Assembly: GCA_030141605.1 (NCBI GenBank)
Contig: JAQGDQ010002372.1
Coordinates: forward strand, 310,001 to 374,000
DNA length: 64,000 bases
Reading direction: 5' to 3'
DNA from: Tubiluchus corallicola
Taxonomy: Eukaryota; Animalia; Priapulida
The notes beneath the pieces are model-generated. The model was not told the DNA's origin and did no database searches. It saw nothing but the letters and a program-made list of their open reading frames with translations. The position numbers were made by a program, and so were the translations under genes. This document shows positions 39,993 through 54,568 of this stretch, piece by piece (within the stretch, counting starts at the first letter, position 1; the number at the start of each line of letters is the position of its first letter).

Positions 39993-42900
39993 ATGGATCG
40001 AATAGAGAAAGACAGCATTAGATCACAGTATTCTATGCTCAGTTATAAAGTGCGCTCGGGTCAGAACTGGTGGAAAGAGTTTATGGGCGAAAAGGGTATC
40101 GACTCTGTTTCTCGTAGCTCAAGTAGCAGATCACCAGAAAGTCGCAATATAGGACAAATAGAAGATGATATTGATAACTGGGAAATAAGTGAAAATTATG
40201 AGAAAGATAGGTCTCCTACGAGTAGTAGCAGTTCTTCGTTTTCTCGAACACATTCACAAGGTACTGAGCGCCAGTTTGAGGCTGAACATTGGCTGGGAGA
40301 CACCAACCATGGTTATATCCGTGTTTATGATCCAGACACAAGCGTTTTGAAGTCTCGTTGTATACCGTGTTCACTGAGTACGACGGCACATCAGATTTGT
40401 CTAAAACTTAACGCATTGTCAAATGCTCTGCACATTCAGTACAATGGCGGGACCATTAAACGGTTAGAGCCGTATGACCACCCCCTTGCTCTTCAAAATG
40501 AATATCTGACGAGACTTGGTTATACCGACATTTGTAGGATACAAGAGGTTGGACAAAGCAAAGAACTAGGCTACTTAATTCGATTTTATGTTGGTAGGTA
40601 TAAAGTGATGTTATCATGGCATTAAGAATTCCGGCAAAGTTTTATCATTCGATGAGTTCATTTATGAAGCCTCTTTAAATATTAGAACTTCCGAATTTTA
40701 AACGTGTAATAATTACTTAGTAATATGTTGCTGTAGCTGTACTGTACTAGTTAGCAGCATTCTGTACACCAGGCTTGTATCATGCCAGGATAATAGAATG
40801 GCCTGCTCTACATTTATTTTATTATAGTTGGCCATAAAAATATCTAAGCAGTTTACAATTACAATACTTTGTGTGTATGTAAGTGTAAGTTCTTTTTCTG
40901 GGTACAAGGTACCCAAGTGAGCAATGTGGAGTTTAATTTTGAATAATTTGGAAACTTTGCAACCTGTTTTGCATGCTAAACAAGAAAAATTCCTGTTGTC
41001 TGTCTTGGCACACATATAAGACAATTATTCTCGAACAAGGAACCATTGTTCGTTAACGTTGGCGAGTGCTTGTTTTGCCCTTCGGCAATAACTTTCTACC
41101 ACTTCATGGACAGCAAAAACTTAGCCAAGCATCTGAGAAAAACATAATTTTAACTACAGAAATTTTTTAATGTTCGTTTGGGGAACACATATGACAGTAT
41201 GTTGCTCATATTATGTAGCATGCAGCAGTTAACATACTTAGCATGTAATAGTACATAAATACCCAAAGCAATAATTATACACCAATGAAATGAAACAAAA
41301 TTATTTAACAAAAAGGCCAAGATAAGGAAAAATCAAAAATGCTCTACGTGAGCTGTTTTGGCTTTTAAAAATAACTCCTTCAACTAATATGCTGCTGCTT
41401 TTGGGTGCAAAGGTTTCAGTTATAAATCTATAATCTAACAGTACAAGCTAAGAAATAAACAAAAAAGTGAAGAAAAAACATTTCGTAAAATGACAAAATC
41501 GCGGTTCGCAAACAAACAGTTATTTTGAATTGTTTATATTTTAAAAGAAAAATTATGTATACAGCTATTAATTGTCTATCATCATACCTGGGGTCGTTTA
41601 ATTGTGTATGTACTGTACACATTGCCCAGCTTAAAATGTTTGATTGGTTGACATTTGCCGTCACCCATAAGTAGGATGTAAGTCACGAACTATCAGGAAG
41701 ATAGCTATCATTAATCCTGTGAATGTTTTTAGTTTTGTTTCATGCCTCGCCAGCTACGGGCCCTTATTACTTGAAATAATCTGTAATGAACAGTTTTTTG
41801 TAATCTGAAGCTAGTGTCGCAATAAGCACCCTGATTTCCTACTGATCTCACTTGACTGTTCTGTAAAACAATTACTCAAACCAATTGGTGAAATAAAAGA
41901 CACACAAAACGCTATATAAGAAGATGTGATTGAAATTAGGAAAAAACAAAATGATTTAGGCAGAAAATACTCAAACATTAAGAAACAGAAAAAAGCACTG
42001 ACCGAGCAAGTTAGAAAACTCTCAGGACTTACATTAGAGATATTAGAAAAAGAAAAATGTGCCAAAAATATCGTAGTTTTTGGGCTAGCTGAACCCGAAG
42101 CGGATGGTGACCAAAGTGATATAGGGAATGTAATCACATCATTGATGACATCAAAGCGAGCGTACAGACCACGCCCTGTACTAGTACAGCTGTATTCAAG
42201 CAGTGAGGCAACAAGCACTGTTCGGGGCAAAGAGACTGAAAGATGCGAGTGCGCAGTACAGACGTGTCTTTATCAGTCCAAATACAAGCCCCACAGTGCA
42301 GAAGGAGCATCAAAGCCTATTGAAGGTGTTAAAAGATGAGAAAAGCAAAGTTGAAAATGAACTTGAGAATTGACTGGAAAAATAAATGTGTTCAATGAAA
42401 CAACGAAACAATAATATTTTCTATACTCAGGTTTTTTTAATAACAGGGTAGATGCGCACAATAACAATGCTAAGCTACTGTCATGGAACATACACTCAGT
42501 GACTGATAAATGTGAGAACATGTTCGATAAAGTTATCACCTTGTTTTGCTTGCATGATATCATTTGTTTGCAAGAAATTAGCACTTATTGTTTTACTATC
42601 CCCAGTTTTAATGTACTAATACGTAGCAAATATAGCAACAAACGTACTATTAAAGGTGGTATTTTTGTATATCTTAGGCAATAATATTTCTGATTATGTA
42701 ATATTTGTAGATGATTCAACCCCTTGTCAAATGTGGTTAAGACTGCAATAGCCTGGCTAACATTCTTATTTGCTTCTGCTATGTTACAAGGCACAACTAT
42801 TGAAGCACAAGAGAATAATGAGAAGTACTTTATAATTGGTGATCTAAATGTAAGATGTGGTCAATGTAGAAATATACTGACAGAAGGGAACCAATGGAGG

Positions 42901-45900
42901 TATGCACATAATCCTGATATAAGAAGGAACACAACAGGCACGCGACTTTTGCAACTATGTAGGGATAATCACTTGATCCCCCTTAATCATTTAGTAACAT
43001 GTAACAGCTATGGTGATGGTTTGACGTTTAGGAAGCGCCAGAATTGGATATCCCAGCTAGACTTCCAATTGATGGAGTAACTTCCATTGTCTTATGTTGA
43101 ACTTGTGATGATAAACTTCGAAGTTTTTGTGCTCGGCAGGATATCGACTTATCACAATATGAGTCTGTCATATATCCAACAAGATGGGATATCGACGACC
43201 TATGTCAGAATGCCAAAGACATCAAATATGATTCTGCAACCAAATGTAGAATACAAAACGATACTTCAAGTAGACGAGCAGCAAACGCGAGATGCATTAA
43301 TTTATTAAAATCTGGTAATATGAAGGCAATATGATGTGCTGTGGATGATGACCTATTCACACCAGATGAAGTCAATAATACTATCATTAGTCTAAAACCC
43401 AACAAGTCGCCAGGCTGTGATAGTGGTAATGATATTATTGATCAAGTGTGTATCTGCACTATGGATTACGTTTATGACTGCATGTTTTAATACGGTACTT
43501 TCATCAGTTTACTACCCTAATAATTGGACTAAAACAAAGTTGGTAGTCTTGCAGAAAGGCAGTCGTCATGACTGCAATAACTACCATGGTATCTCGATTT
43601 TGGACTTATGTCCATAGATATTTGACGGACTGATTAATACTCTCTTACAGCTCTGGTGGCAGCCTGGCCCAGAACAGGCTGGTGGAGAAAAAGAAAGAGG
43701 CTGTTTAGAACAAGCAGTTACGTTGCGCTTACTAACAGATTCAGCAAAAATAATACGATGCAAATTGTACATTGTATTCATCGATTTTGCTAAGGTGTAT
43801 GGCATCGTATCAATGCACAAACTCATTCAAGAATTAGTGAAATTAGGATGTCGTCAAACAATAACACGTAAATCCAGGCCATGTACATGAAAACTATGCA
43901 GCGCGTTAGGCTCTAGCTTGGTTACTAGTAAAATAGGTGTAAGACAGGCTGCGTCCTCGCGCAGCATGTTCGTGTTCACGTTATTCATCAATCCTTTGAT
44001 AAAAAGATTGGCTATAGTTCGGGATGACGATTTCTTGCCAAACAGACACGGTCTGTTAATGATGGTCAACTCTGTACTACTGCCTGTTCAAGAGAGCGCT
44101 GCATAGAAAAACCCACTATATTGAAGTCTTTTTGCGTTGAGCATGGTCTCGTAGTTAACGAGTTAAAGACGATGTTTCTTGTTATTACATTGCAATGGTG
44201 AATAAAATGACCGCATGCCTATAATCGTTGAAAACTTACAAGCAAACTGGTGCTATAGCTACATCTACTTAGGCACAGTTTCTTTGTGCCGGCGGAAAAT
44301 TGGCTCAGGCAATTGTGATTCAAAATAAGGAAAAACTTAACCACGAACTGAAATACGTAGCATTTGTCCGTAAGAACTTCTCCTGTCCAAGTATGGACTA
44401 AACAGACTTTGTTAAAAGCAGCTATATTATCTAGGCTTTTGTACAGCTGCGAGATATAGCTGTCCAATGATATAAGAAAATTGTCTTAATTGTGCACATC
44501 TGGAATTAAAAACTGCCTTGGAGTGCGCAAGGCAGTTCAAAATGACCTATCCCTTCTCGAGTTAGATATGCCATCGGCAGAGGCATACATTAAGAGCCAG
44601 CACTACAGGTTTTTTACTAAGATGTTCAGTAATCCTGGTAAGCATCCTATATTAATGTATACGATAAATAAATGTCAGGCAATTTCTCTGTATGCGTACA
44701 TCAACAGCATCATCACTCTGAGAAGAGACCCTGCAACTGAGGATAAACAAAACAAAGTGCAAGAATTGTGTGTGTTAACCTCTAGTAGGATAGTTACATA
44801 CAGACTTTTGAATGAGGATTTATTTAGTTGGTCTATATATTCAAATAGTGCGGCGCCTGTTCAAAAACTCGAAAGAATTTCCCGGACAAAGGCCAGAATA
44901 TCAGGTCATAAATTGGCTACTGAAAGTGGCAAGTGAAAAATATACCTAGGCACAGGAGCTTTTGCGACTGCCCTACTAACGAAACCAAGGCCTGATCAAG
45001 ACCAAGAACTTGTTTTCTGCAATTGAGCGAAGACTGACCTGGTCAGACCACTACCGTGGTTCTCTGATATTGATGTGGCATCGATCAGTTCTATATTCAG
45101 GCATAGCAGTAGCCAAACTGTTGTGAACTATATTCGCCACTGCCTTAAATGTTTTGCACAATGTTTTGCACATTGTTTCTTGTAGGACTGGTAGTATAAT
45201 GTAAAATACGTTAATTATATTGCGACACTCAGTTTAATCCCATTTTAGCACTTTTACGATCGGCAATGTATAAATGTTTTGGAGAAAATGGGGTCGTTTG
45301 TGTGTCTTAATGTGTTGTTTTCTCTGCATCTACCCCGATTAAGTATAATAATAGTTGTTAGTCAATAAGTTACTTACTTGCTTATTGTTTACAAATTAAT
45401 GTTTATTATGTAACAACATGTGTAGCCAGAGTGTAACCAATCGATGAATAAAATTTCACATTGAAACAACATTGTTGTGTGTATCACTGGATTTAGAAAC
45501 TTTTAAAACATCTACAGGACTCTGTATGGGGTGAAATTTACCATAAATGCTATCTGCGCTGCCGAGGTTGTTTAGCGTGAAGTTTTCAAGTAGCAGACTA
45601 GCATCTTAGATAGGCAACGATAATAGAACATAACACTTCAAGGAAGCTAATAAATGAAGTTCAATAGATAACATCGGTTTGTGTGGTTTTTGCAGCACCC
45701 GTTTATCAGACCTGCCTGATGCATTATTTTTTCTGCAGCTATTTCTTATTGATTTTTTATACGCAGCTATTCCTCAAGTGGATAACGCATAAGGCATTCC
45801 GAATGTTTGGTAAACAGCCGCGTAACGCATATGCGTTCCGGAACACCTCAGAACAAGTGAAGTTTTTGAAAAATTGACGTAGCTTAATTCACAAGCAATA

Positions 45901-48900
45901 ATACAAAACAATTTACAAAGTAACAAGCTTATAAATTAAAGAACTTACACATGCAATTATCAGTTATCAATTTTCGTAAGAACTGATTATGTATATACAA
46001 TTAGTTATGCTTCGTGTTGATATCACAAAAACACTAATTATGCTGAAATCTTGTGAATTGTGAATCAATGTTTTTTTTCAGGAAAACCGACTCAAGATGG
46101 GACGTTTTCACGAAACAATGTTTCTGGTCAACTGTATGTTCGAAAAGGCAAAGTATTTCATCAGTGGGCCAAACGGTTTGTTGCCTTGTCTGGTACCAGA
46201 CTTCTTGTATATCCTGGTAAGCGATTAACACAAAGCTTGTTATAGTTGTTAGCTATCTGTTGAAAAACTTTACGACGGGTTTATCTACATATCTGAACTT
46301 CTGCTTCTTTGACCTGAAAACCACTAATTTAGTCAAATATAGCTAAAATAAACTGCCAATATAAGAAGTTTGCAACAAAATGAACTTTTATCCTGCTGGG
46401 CGAATTTGCAGCACAACGAATATAACAGTATAATTGTATTACCACGAAGACAATTGTCTTCTTCATGCAATCATTGGCAGCGTAATGATTATACAAGTGT
46501 CTATTGTTTTAGAGAACTACTTTCCAAGCCTAACTTGACTTGGTTGGTTATGATTATTACCTATATTGAAAACTCCATTATGCACTGTATAGGATACATA
46601 AATTTATACATTTTAAGGTGAGATCCGTCTAAATTGTACAAGTGTCATCCACCCTGCACATTTTGAATAGGGATAATATTAAAAACCCATTAAACAAATT
46701 TTCATTAATTGCCATAGCAATTTCAGCGGCATACCCAGATTAATGATTTTCCATGCTTCCATTGTAAAATATTACTTCCTGGGCCAAACACAAATTGCTG
46801 CGCCGTCCCATACCAGTTTTGAAATCAATTTGTGTGATATTATCAGTATGCGCGATTACTGCAGAAATTGCGTGTACAGATTTTTAAAGCTATTAAGATT
46901 TTATAGAATAAAACATCGAAAACTTGAAAGGTTTTAAATTATAGAACTTATAGATGTTCAAAGACGTATCAGCGAAACAGTGTATAATATAATTAATATT
47001 TAAATTTGTTAAAAAATTCTTAACTATATGCTTAATCTACTGCATGCGTGAGCCCTTTTCTGTTCCTAACTATAACGATTTATAAGCGCTTACCTGTAGA
47101 GGGTTGAACATACAACGCCCAAACATTAATTTATTACGAATCCACTAAAACATGGCATAATAAATGTCAGATTGCATGACATCATTTGACATGGGATATT
47201 TACTGTACTATGTGTTTCACCCTTTGGCGGCCCATTTGGGCGGGTTATTAATTAATTGATTGTTTAAGGTCAGTGGGGCGTCCAGAATAATACGTTTCAA
47301 GTTATTTTCAAGTATTTATGGTAATGAAAGAATGTGTTAATACTCAGCAACAATTATTTTTTATAATCTCTTGTTAGCTCGACTTATGTTACTTACTGAA
47401 TGCATAGCAAATTTCTAGTTTTGTAGATAACTTAACAAACCTCTATGTACATTGAACATTCGCCAAAGTGGGACTAACAGTTACTATGCCTAGATCATTA
47501 CTGCGTCTGTTACAAATTTCCAATACCTGTTTGCTTAGCAGCTTTGCAAATAAAACTTATGTGATTACTGCTCCAGTTATTAAAACTTGACATTGTGTGT
47601 TAAATTAATATTTTGCAGCTGATGGATAGATTTCTGCCTAATGTAACGTGTTCTACTTTTCAAACTAGGAATGTCTGAAAAACTGACTTGTAGACATAGT
47701 TTCTAATTTCCTGGTAGAAATAATTTTGTTAGACTTATTGGGCTTAAATGGACTCCTCATGTTTCCGGCTTGTAATACCATCGAACCTCTCATCTACTGT
47801 TTTTGTTCCATCTCAGTTGGTTACATTTAATCAGTTTTAAACAAGATTGTGCTGGTACTTCTTCTGCTTAATTCACATTTTTATTGTCTAATGTTCCCAT
47901 AACCATGGTCTCTCAGGACAATGATTACTTGTTCCACATGCAGTCTCTGAAATCACTTTGCCAAAAATTGATTTGTTAAAAGTTTTTTATTATTTGTACT
48001 TCTAGTTTCTCAGTCTACTGGTTCCTCTGTGCCATTTAGGGTTTAAATTGTTCTCGTATTCTCAGAGCAGAAAATTGTCACCAACAAAATTAAACGTAAT
48101 TGTCACTAACAAAATTGATTAACAAAAATACTCCTCAAGTCTTAGGTACCAGAAACCATATCTAACTATTAGTGTGACGGTGGCACGGGATACAAAGACA
48201 ACTCACTGCTTCCGTTGCTTTGTAGTTTTGTCTGTACAAAAAAGCATAGTGATGAGTTTGAATATTCATCGTTGGTTTGGTAATTGCTTTCTAAATGCGT
48301 CAAACTCATCTAAGGCACACATTTTAGCAATTACATGGCTGGGAGTTGTGCTTGTCGAATGTGACATGACAATACCAGTGATGAATGAGGAGTGTGACAT
48401 CTAACCGCAGGCCATAAAACAATTCCGAGATGTTTGTTGGGGTCACATCTGTGAGCCTAGATTTGAAAGTTAAAACTACTGTCTGGAAATCCGATTTAAA
48501 AGTTTCAATATGTAGAGGCAATGTGCCAAAGTTACACGCTGACAGTTTTTATTGCAAGAAGATTAGATCAAGAAGGATAAATATATATCTGTCATTAGTC
48601 TCAGTCCCTTCTAAGGCCTTTGATTTGATGATCTCGATTGTAATTTATGTTTGTTTAGCGTAGACTATTGATTAAAAATGTTTGCTGACTTTATTTTATT
48701 TTATTTTAAATTTTGCACGTTCACGTAATATTTTGTTATTGTATTCCGTGAGAAAATAGTACATTATTAATGTTAAGTCAAAGAAATGAGCTAAGTCAAC
48801 CGGTCGCCAGCAATTACCCTGGATGCTTCAGGTTTCATAGCTTAAAGTTGACTCTAACACGGTGCGATTAGTAGCAAGCTCCTCAATGTACCTGCTAAAT

Positions 48901-51900
48901 ATGACACCAAACTTATGTCAATTTTTGCACCAAACCAGAGTGAAAAAGGAGGTGAAAATAGGGAAAGATGCTGGCGAAAAAAAAACTAACTCAAGAAATC
49001 GCACCGTTACGGCAAATTAACACCAGTCGTTAACATGCTCCATCGGGTTTTGGGGCTTAACCAATTGAAACTCTCCACGTGGCGCCACAAAAGGACGCAG
49101 CGACTCGTTTGTAATCTGAGCGACGATTTGGCAACCTATCCCCAAATAATATCTACTCTCCTATATATATATATATATATATATATGCATTATTATGAAA
49201 TTTGAAAATGCTCTCTCCCAAACTTTTTGATTGATTTCGATTCGATAAAACGGTTCCTTTCGCTCCAGATTTGCTGTATTCATGAACTATACATTTATGT
49301 CTCTCTTGATACTTCAAAAGCAGTGAATCAGTTCTCAGTGGTTTCTTTCATCCTCAGTCTTCTCTCGAAAAATTTCTGGAGGCACCGAAGCACAATATTT
49401 TCTTTCGCTTATTCACGACTCAGACATAAATGCAGTGAAATTTTAAAGAGACTGCAAAGCTGTAATGCGCAGAATCGGTCTGCTTTTTATTTTAACCAAA
49501 AGGTCCACAGGGGATTTTTTACAGATCCGTGACAGATACGCAATTGCAGTATATCTGTTGTGTTCAATGGACCTACTCACTTCATGAAGTTGCACTAGCT
49601 TTCACTTTGAGCTCTTCCACTGGTTTACACTCAGAGCCAGTGATCTTCATGATCTTCATTTCGCACCTAAGAGTTATCTGTTGTTCTGGCTTAGATGTAT
49701 TGCTTATCCCTGTATGTAAAAGTAAGGTGAGAAACCACGTCCCTCCATTCGTTAAGAAAATCTTTGAGGCCTGGGAACATTGAATATGGACCTTGCTGAT
49801 GTTGCCATGATGCCATCATTGTTCTGCTTTTTCTCACTCCGTTTCAAATGCAGTAGGTTCTGTCACATACTCCAGCGACTCAGGACCCGCTTCGGAGCTT
49901 TCATCTCTATTTTTGTGGCTTGACCATGTCTACTCAAGTGTTCTTAAGACTTTTTCTTTACTGGAACTTTCACTTAAACTGAGTAAAATTTCATTATCAT
50001 GAAAATATAATAAGCATGATCGTACTTTGCCCATTAAATTTAATAACGCCAATATTTTCTACGTGCGGCTTTTATGGTTTTTGAATTCATGGGTTTGGTC
50101 TGACCCAAATGTTTAGAAAGCTACAGTTTCGTTTATAACAAGTGTGTTTCAAGTCAAGTGAATTACTGTCTGCTTGTTATGTACACAGCTTGATTTTACA
50201 GTAGTCTAACAACAATTATATCCAAGTAACAGCTTTCCTGTACCGTGACAGTCGCTCAGTAAAATTGTAACAAGTTTTCAAAACAACCGTCGCATTGAGC
50301 TTAGACTAATGGTTTAGTGTTTAAACAATTAATTTTAAAATCTCGGGATTGGAAGATCATTGACCAGGGACAATACCACGTTTGTTTGCCCTCATTTCCT
50401 TTTACTCTTCGTATGACCATAAACTAAGCTTAAAATGGGAATGGTATTACCTGTAAATGGTCTGTTTTGGGACGTGCAGTCCCAGGATCACTACACCTAA
50501 AAAGGTTGACATTCCACGTGGTGGCAATTCTTTATAGAATACCTCATTTTACAAGCGCTATCCAATAAAGTTGAACTATATTTTATATACATATAACCAA
50601 GTAACCGATACTTTCCAATAAACTGCGCTCATTGTATAAAAGTATGTTCATGTAGTTTCCCTGTGGCTATATTGAAATTTTTAAACACTTTCTCACTGTG
50701 TGCCAAGATGGCATGCGTGGCAATTTCGGACAATAAATTTTAAAAAAATCATTTTTGCTGGTGTACGTTTTTGTATTCAAAGCACAACCAGAAATCTGAG
50801 AATACGTCTGACAATGTAATTGGATACAACTTGGCTTTCGGTTGACAGACCACTTGCGGAATGCAGCAGTAAACTTACTGTGTTTTGTTACTTTTCTAAA
50901 TTGTATTATTGTAACAGTCACAAATGTTCGCAATGCCTGTTTACCCGCCGGGTCATTGGCTTGCATCAGTTACTTGTTATTCTATTTCAGTTAGTGTAAT
51001 TGGCCGGATAATTATGTCTCGTATAGTAAATTTACTATCAAGCAATAAACGCTGTACAAGCAGGGACAGTCTTTGTTTTCCAAACTGCTGGCACGTAAAT
51101 ATCACTGGTTAAACGAGAAAACCCTTTTTTATGATTGGTTCTAAATTTTGTTAGCACTTTTTATTTTTTCAGCGTAACCATGGATGCGTTCAAGGACACG
51201 TCAACAAAAAAGTATAGCATTATTAAGAGTGGTTCATTATGTTGAAACCATTCTGTTACTTGGCATGCTTTGAACAAATATATTTGTTTCTAAGCTGATG
51301 CTTGTTTTTGACCAAGATTGTGTTTCAAACCTTGGATGTTTATCCTTTGAAGCTCATATTGAAACTCTTTCTTTCATTGTACAGGATTTTGTTCTTAATT
51401 AATTGCACAACTTTCCTTTCTCAGGATTGGAAAAAAGAGGGCAACCCCATGTTTACATGTTGGCAAAGGGGAAAGTGGAGGAGATGAAATTCAAAAATCA
51501 CGAGCGATGTCTAAAAATTACTGCTGAATTGCAAGCAGGTCGAACAGTGTTTCTTTCTTTTGGAAGTGATGCTGAAATTTCAAAATGGCTGAGAAAATGC
51601 ATGAAGGTAATTAGCCATTATCTGTTAGACATGTACAGTGGCAAGGATGATAGTCTTTAAAATATTTAATTTAAGTGGACCAACAACACTACCCCTAATT
51701 CCAGTAATCACAAGTTCGTGTGAGGTTGGCACGATTTTGTCTGCCCTTAATGACTCAAAATTATAACACCCTTTATGTGTTCTGGTTTACGTATTTTTTG
51801 CTGTTAAATTACAGTTTGTAAACTTTAGCAGCTTATTATCGGTAGTTTTTTTACTTGTTAACTTACTTCTTTAGTTTACCTGTGTTATTTTGTTCAACAC

Positions 51901-54568
51901 TTCATGAGACTAACAACCCATTTACGTCATTATTAATTGGACAAATTTGTGCAGTGCTGCAACAAGCAAAAGTTTTGTGACTTGGGCTATTTCTATTAAT
52001 GTATAGTAAAATATTATTAATATGATATATCTATTCCTCCGTAATATGACTAAAATGTGCAAACCGTTCTGAAACTGGACTTTTAATGGCCTTTTTCTTG
52101 GGTTTTGAGGCCACTTGTGTAACTTCCACTAACTGCTTAATTTTTACATTATATGTGTTCCTAATTTCAGGCAGTAGCAAAGTTACCAAATTTAGCAGAT
52201 TTGTCCAATAACCATTTGGAATACATCCCAGAAAATCTGTTTGTGAATGATCGCTTATCTCAGCTGAATCTTCGACACAATGCACTAAAGGAAAGACCTA
52301 TAGAGGAAGATATTTACACAATTGGTAGGTGCAAAATCAAAATTGATTCCAAATTGCTTAGCTATCTAGTTATTTCTAACATAAAAAATATGGTAGCATA
52401 CAATTACGTAAAATTTGAATTACTTCTTTTCGTCCAATATTCATTCGGCTTTTTCTGTTATTTAAGTGTGCCATCTGGAACGTTAGTTGTTTTAAAATTG
52501 TAATTAATGAAATTAGATTTAGTTCATTTCACAACAGGTCTTAGCTTGATCTCACAATATGCTGATGTGCTGAAAGAATATGCGGGGTTTAATAAAAGTA
52601 CTAAAATACAATTTAACGACTGTAAGATAGATGATCAAAATTTACATGCAGTATTGTATGTGTGAATATAACAGACACTACTTAGCCTTAATGTATCCTA
52701 AAATAATAATGACATTGTGCAAAGCATTAATTTCACCTCCACTTGCAGCTCAGTTGATCTTTAGTTTTTCCGTGTGTTCAGAGTGTGAATTCGTTACCCA
52801 CAAGTTGCGCCTCAGGCCTTCATGAATATGTGACTGTTTTATAGTTGTTAGTCTGGCATATTTATTGACTAATGCATTATGCAAAATAACAGAACTTATA
52901 TACTTTTATAACAAACCGTTATGTATGCAGTTCTATATTCGTTTAAACTTGATAATGATATATTTATATTTTAAAATTATTGAAGGTAGGACATAAGTAG
53001 CAAACATCTACATTTTAATTATTTGGATCAACTTCAATTACTATGTGGAAATGTACAATGTATTGTTTGCATATACTTCACTTTTTTCATTACTTCAACA
53101 AACTCGTTTTCATATTCAAGTAACTAAAGCCATTGTAACAATTTCCACAAGTGTTCCACAAAGAAACACAAATTTGTTTTAAATACGAGTTTAAATTAAT
53201 TTCATAAATTATTTAAAGTAGTTTTCTTAATTGCATGCCTGCTGTTTCTACAAGTCCTTTATAGTGTTCCTATTGTACCGTGACATTGAGTTTTCGACTT
53301 CATGCATTACCTAATAAATTTAGACCTGTTTCAAACCTTTACAATAAACACCATAAATTTTCTTGAGAGTCAGTTCTGCCCACTTGCTTCTGACATAAAT
53401 CATAGATCAGAACACCCATATTTATTTGAAGTGTTTTCCCTTATACTGACGTTATAAAGATCATTAAAGCATTAGCCACCGCCCAGTTAACCTTGCCACC
53501 TCCGATTGTGCTTCATTGTGGCTTATAGGTATGTGGTGCATGTAAACAAACTGATTTAGTAACCTTGTTAAAAATGGACAAAAACTGTTTTGTTTCCTTA
53601 TTCATCTGTGAATGTCTTTTTCTTAAGAATTACGTAGTAAATGTGCTTTTTAAAGAAAACTTTGCTGTTTTGGGATCATGTAGAGGCGTATAATTGCACA
53701 TATACAACTGGGAGAATATTTTCTATGTTTATACCATTGATATTGTGCACAGCAACTGAACACTGAAACTATAACTAAAACAGTATAAGGAGTGTCGGGA
53801 AATGATTGTCCCACCACCACTCCCCAGGAGAAACCAATAAGAATGGATAAATACTGATAAAACCATGAGAAAGAACATTTTATATCTGAGTAAGAAACAT
53901 TAATTTTGTCTTGCTAGGTAGTACTTTGTTATTTGCAGCTTGCAGGGCCGTAAATGGACAGGGTACAATTTGCATTGGTTTCTCAGTGGGAGTGATGTCT
54001 TTATCTTTTTTTCAAGAATGTTGGTGATTTTTTCTGATAACAAGTTTCGAAAAAATTAAAAAAAACTTTAAATAAGAAATATTTTACTGATTGAAATGTG
54101 TATGTTCATATCTGCTAATGATTACTTTTAAGTACAGCCAAAGCTTTCATTTCCAGACACCCTGTACTTAAATATAATTCATTGTATGTAATCTTTCTAG
54201 TTACCATATGAAGGTTAAGATTGGTTATAGTAATTATATGTCATCTTTGTATCATCTTGCTATGCAAAAAGATTAAATTTGTTCTGCAATGAATATGTGT
54301 GTTGACTTCAGGCGTAAGTTAAATGCTATAAAGATTTTTGAATACTACAGAGGTCAGCCGACCTTTCCCTCAACATTTAACAGTTTATGACTATTACAGG
54401 ATGGGTGGATGATTTGCCCAGCTTTCAGAATCTCCATACTCTGAATCTATCAGATAACGACATCTTCATATTCCCCAGTGCCATATGCCACATAACTACA
54501 CTGCAAGAGCTGAATGTATCCAGTAATAAAATTGAAGAACTTCCACCAATAATAGCCGAGCTTACAAA
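39993..54568 (+). CDS. PHLPP: PHLPP (PH domain leucine-rich repeat protein phosphatase), 5' exons only: 39993-40593, 46082-46216, 51425-51606, 52171-52324, 54400-54568. The remaining LRR and PP2C exons were not found in the window.
   Basis: RA-like domain: GYIRVYD..LHIQYNGGTIKRLEPYDHPLALQNEYLTRLGY..QEVG...LIRFY. PH domain: SGQLYVRKGK..QWAKRFVALSGTRLLV..KVEEMK..FLSF..WLR. LRRs: DLSNNHLEYIPENLF..LSQLNLRHN and LHTLNLSDN. The domain order matches PHLPP1/2 and exon phases are compatible. Confidence 0.9.
41800..45455 (+). mobile_element. Decayed near-full-length LINE (ORF1 + APE endonuclease + RT remnants) in PHLPP intron 1
   Basis: ORF1-like coiled coil, NIVVFGLAE and RPRPVLVQL. Endonuclease motifs: LLSWNI, DIICLQE, IIGDLNVR, SQLD. 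RT motifs: KSPG, NYHGISIL, EQAG, FIDFAK, GVRQ. Many stops and frameshifts. AATAAA at ~45447. Boundaries approximate. Confidence 0.85.
49162..49186. repeat. (TA)n microsatellite
   Basis: Direct reading. Confidence 0.9.
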
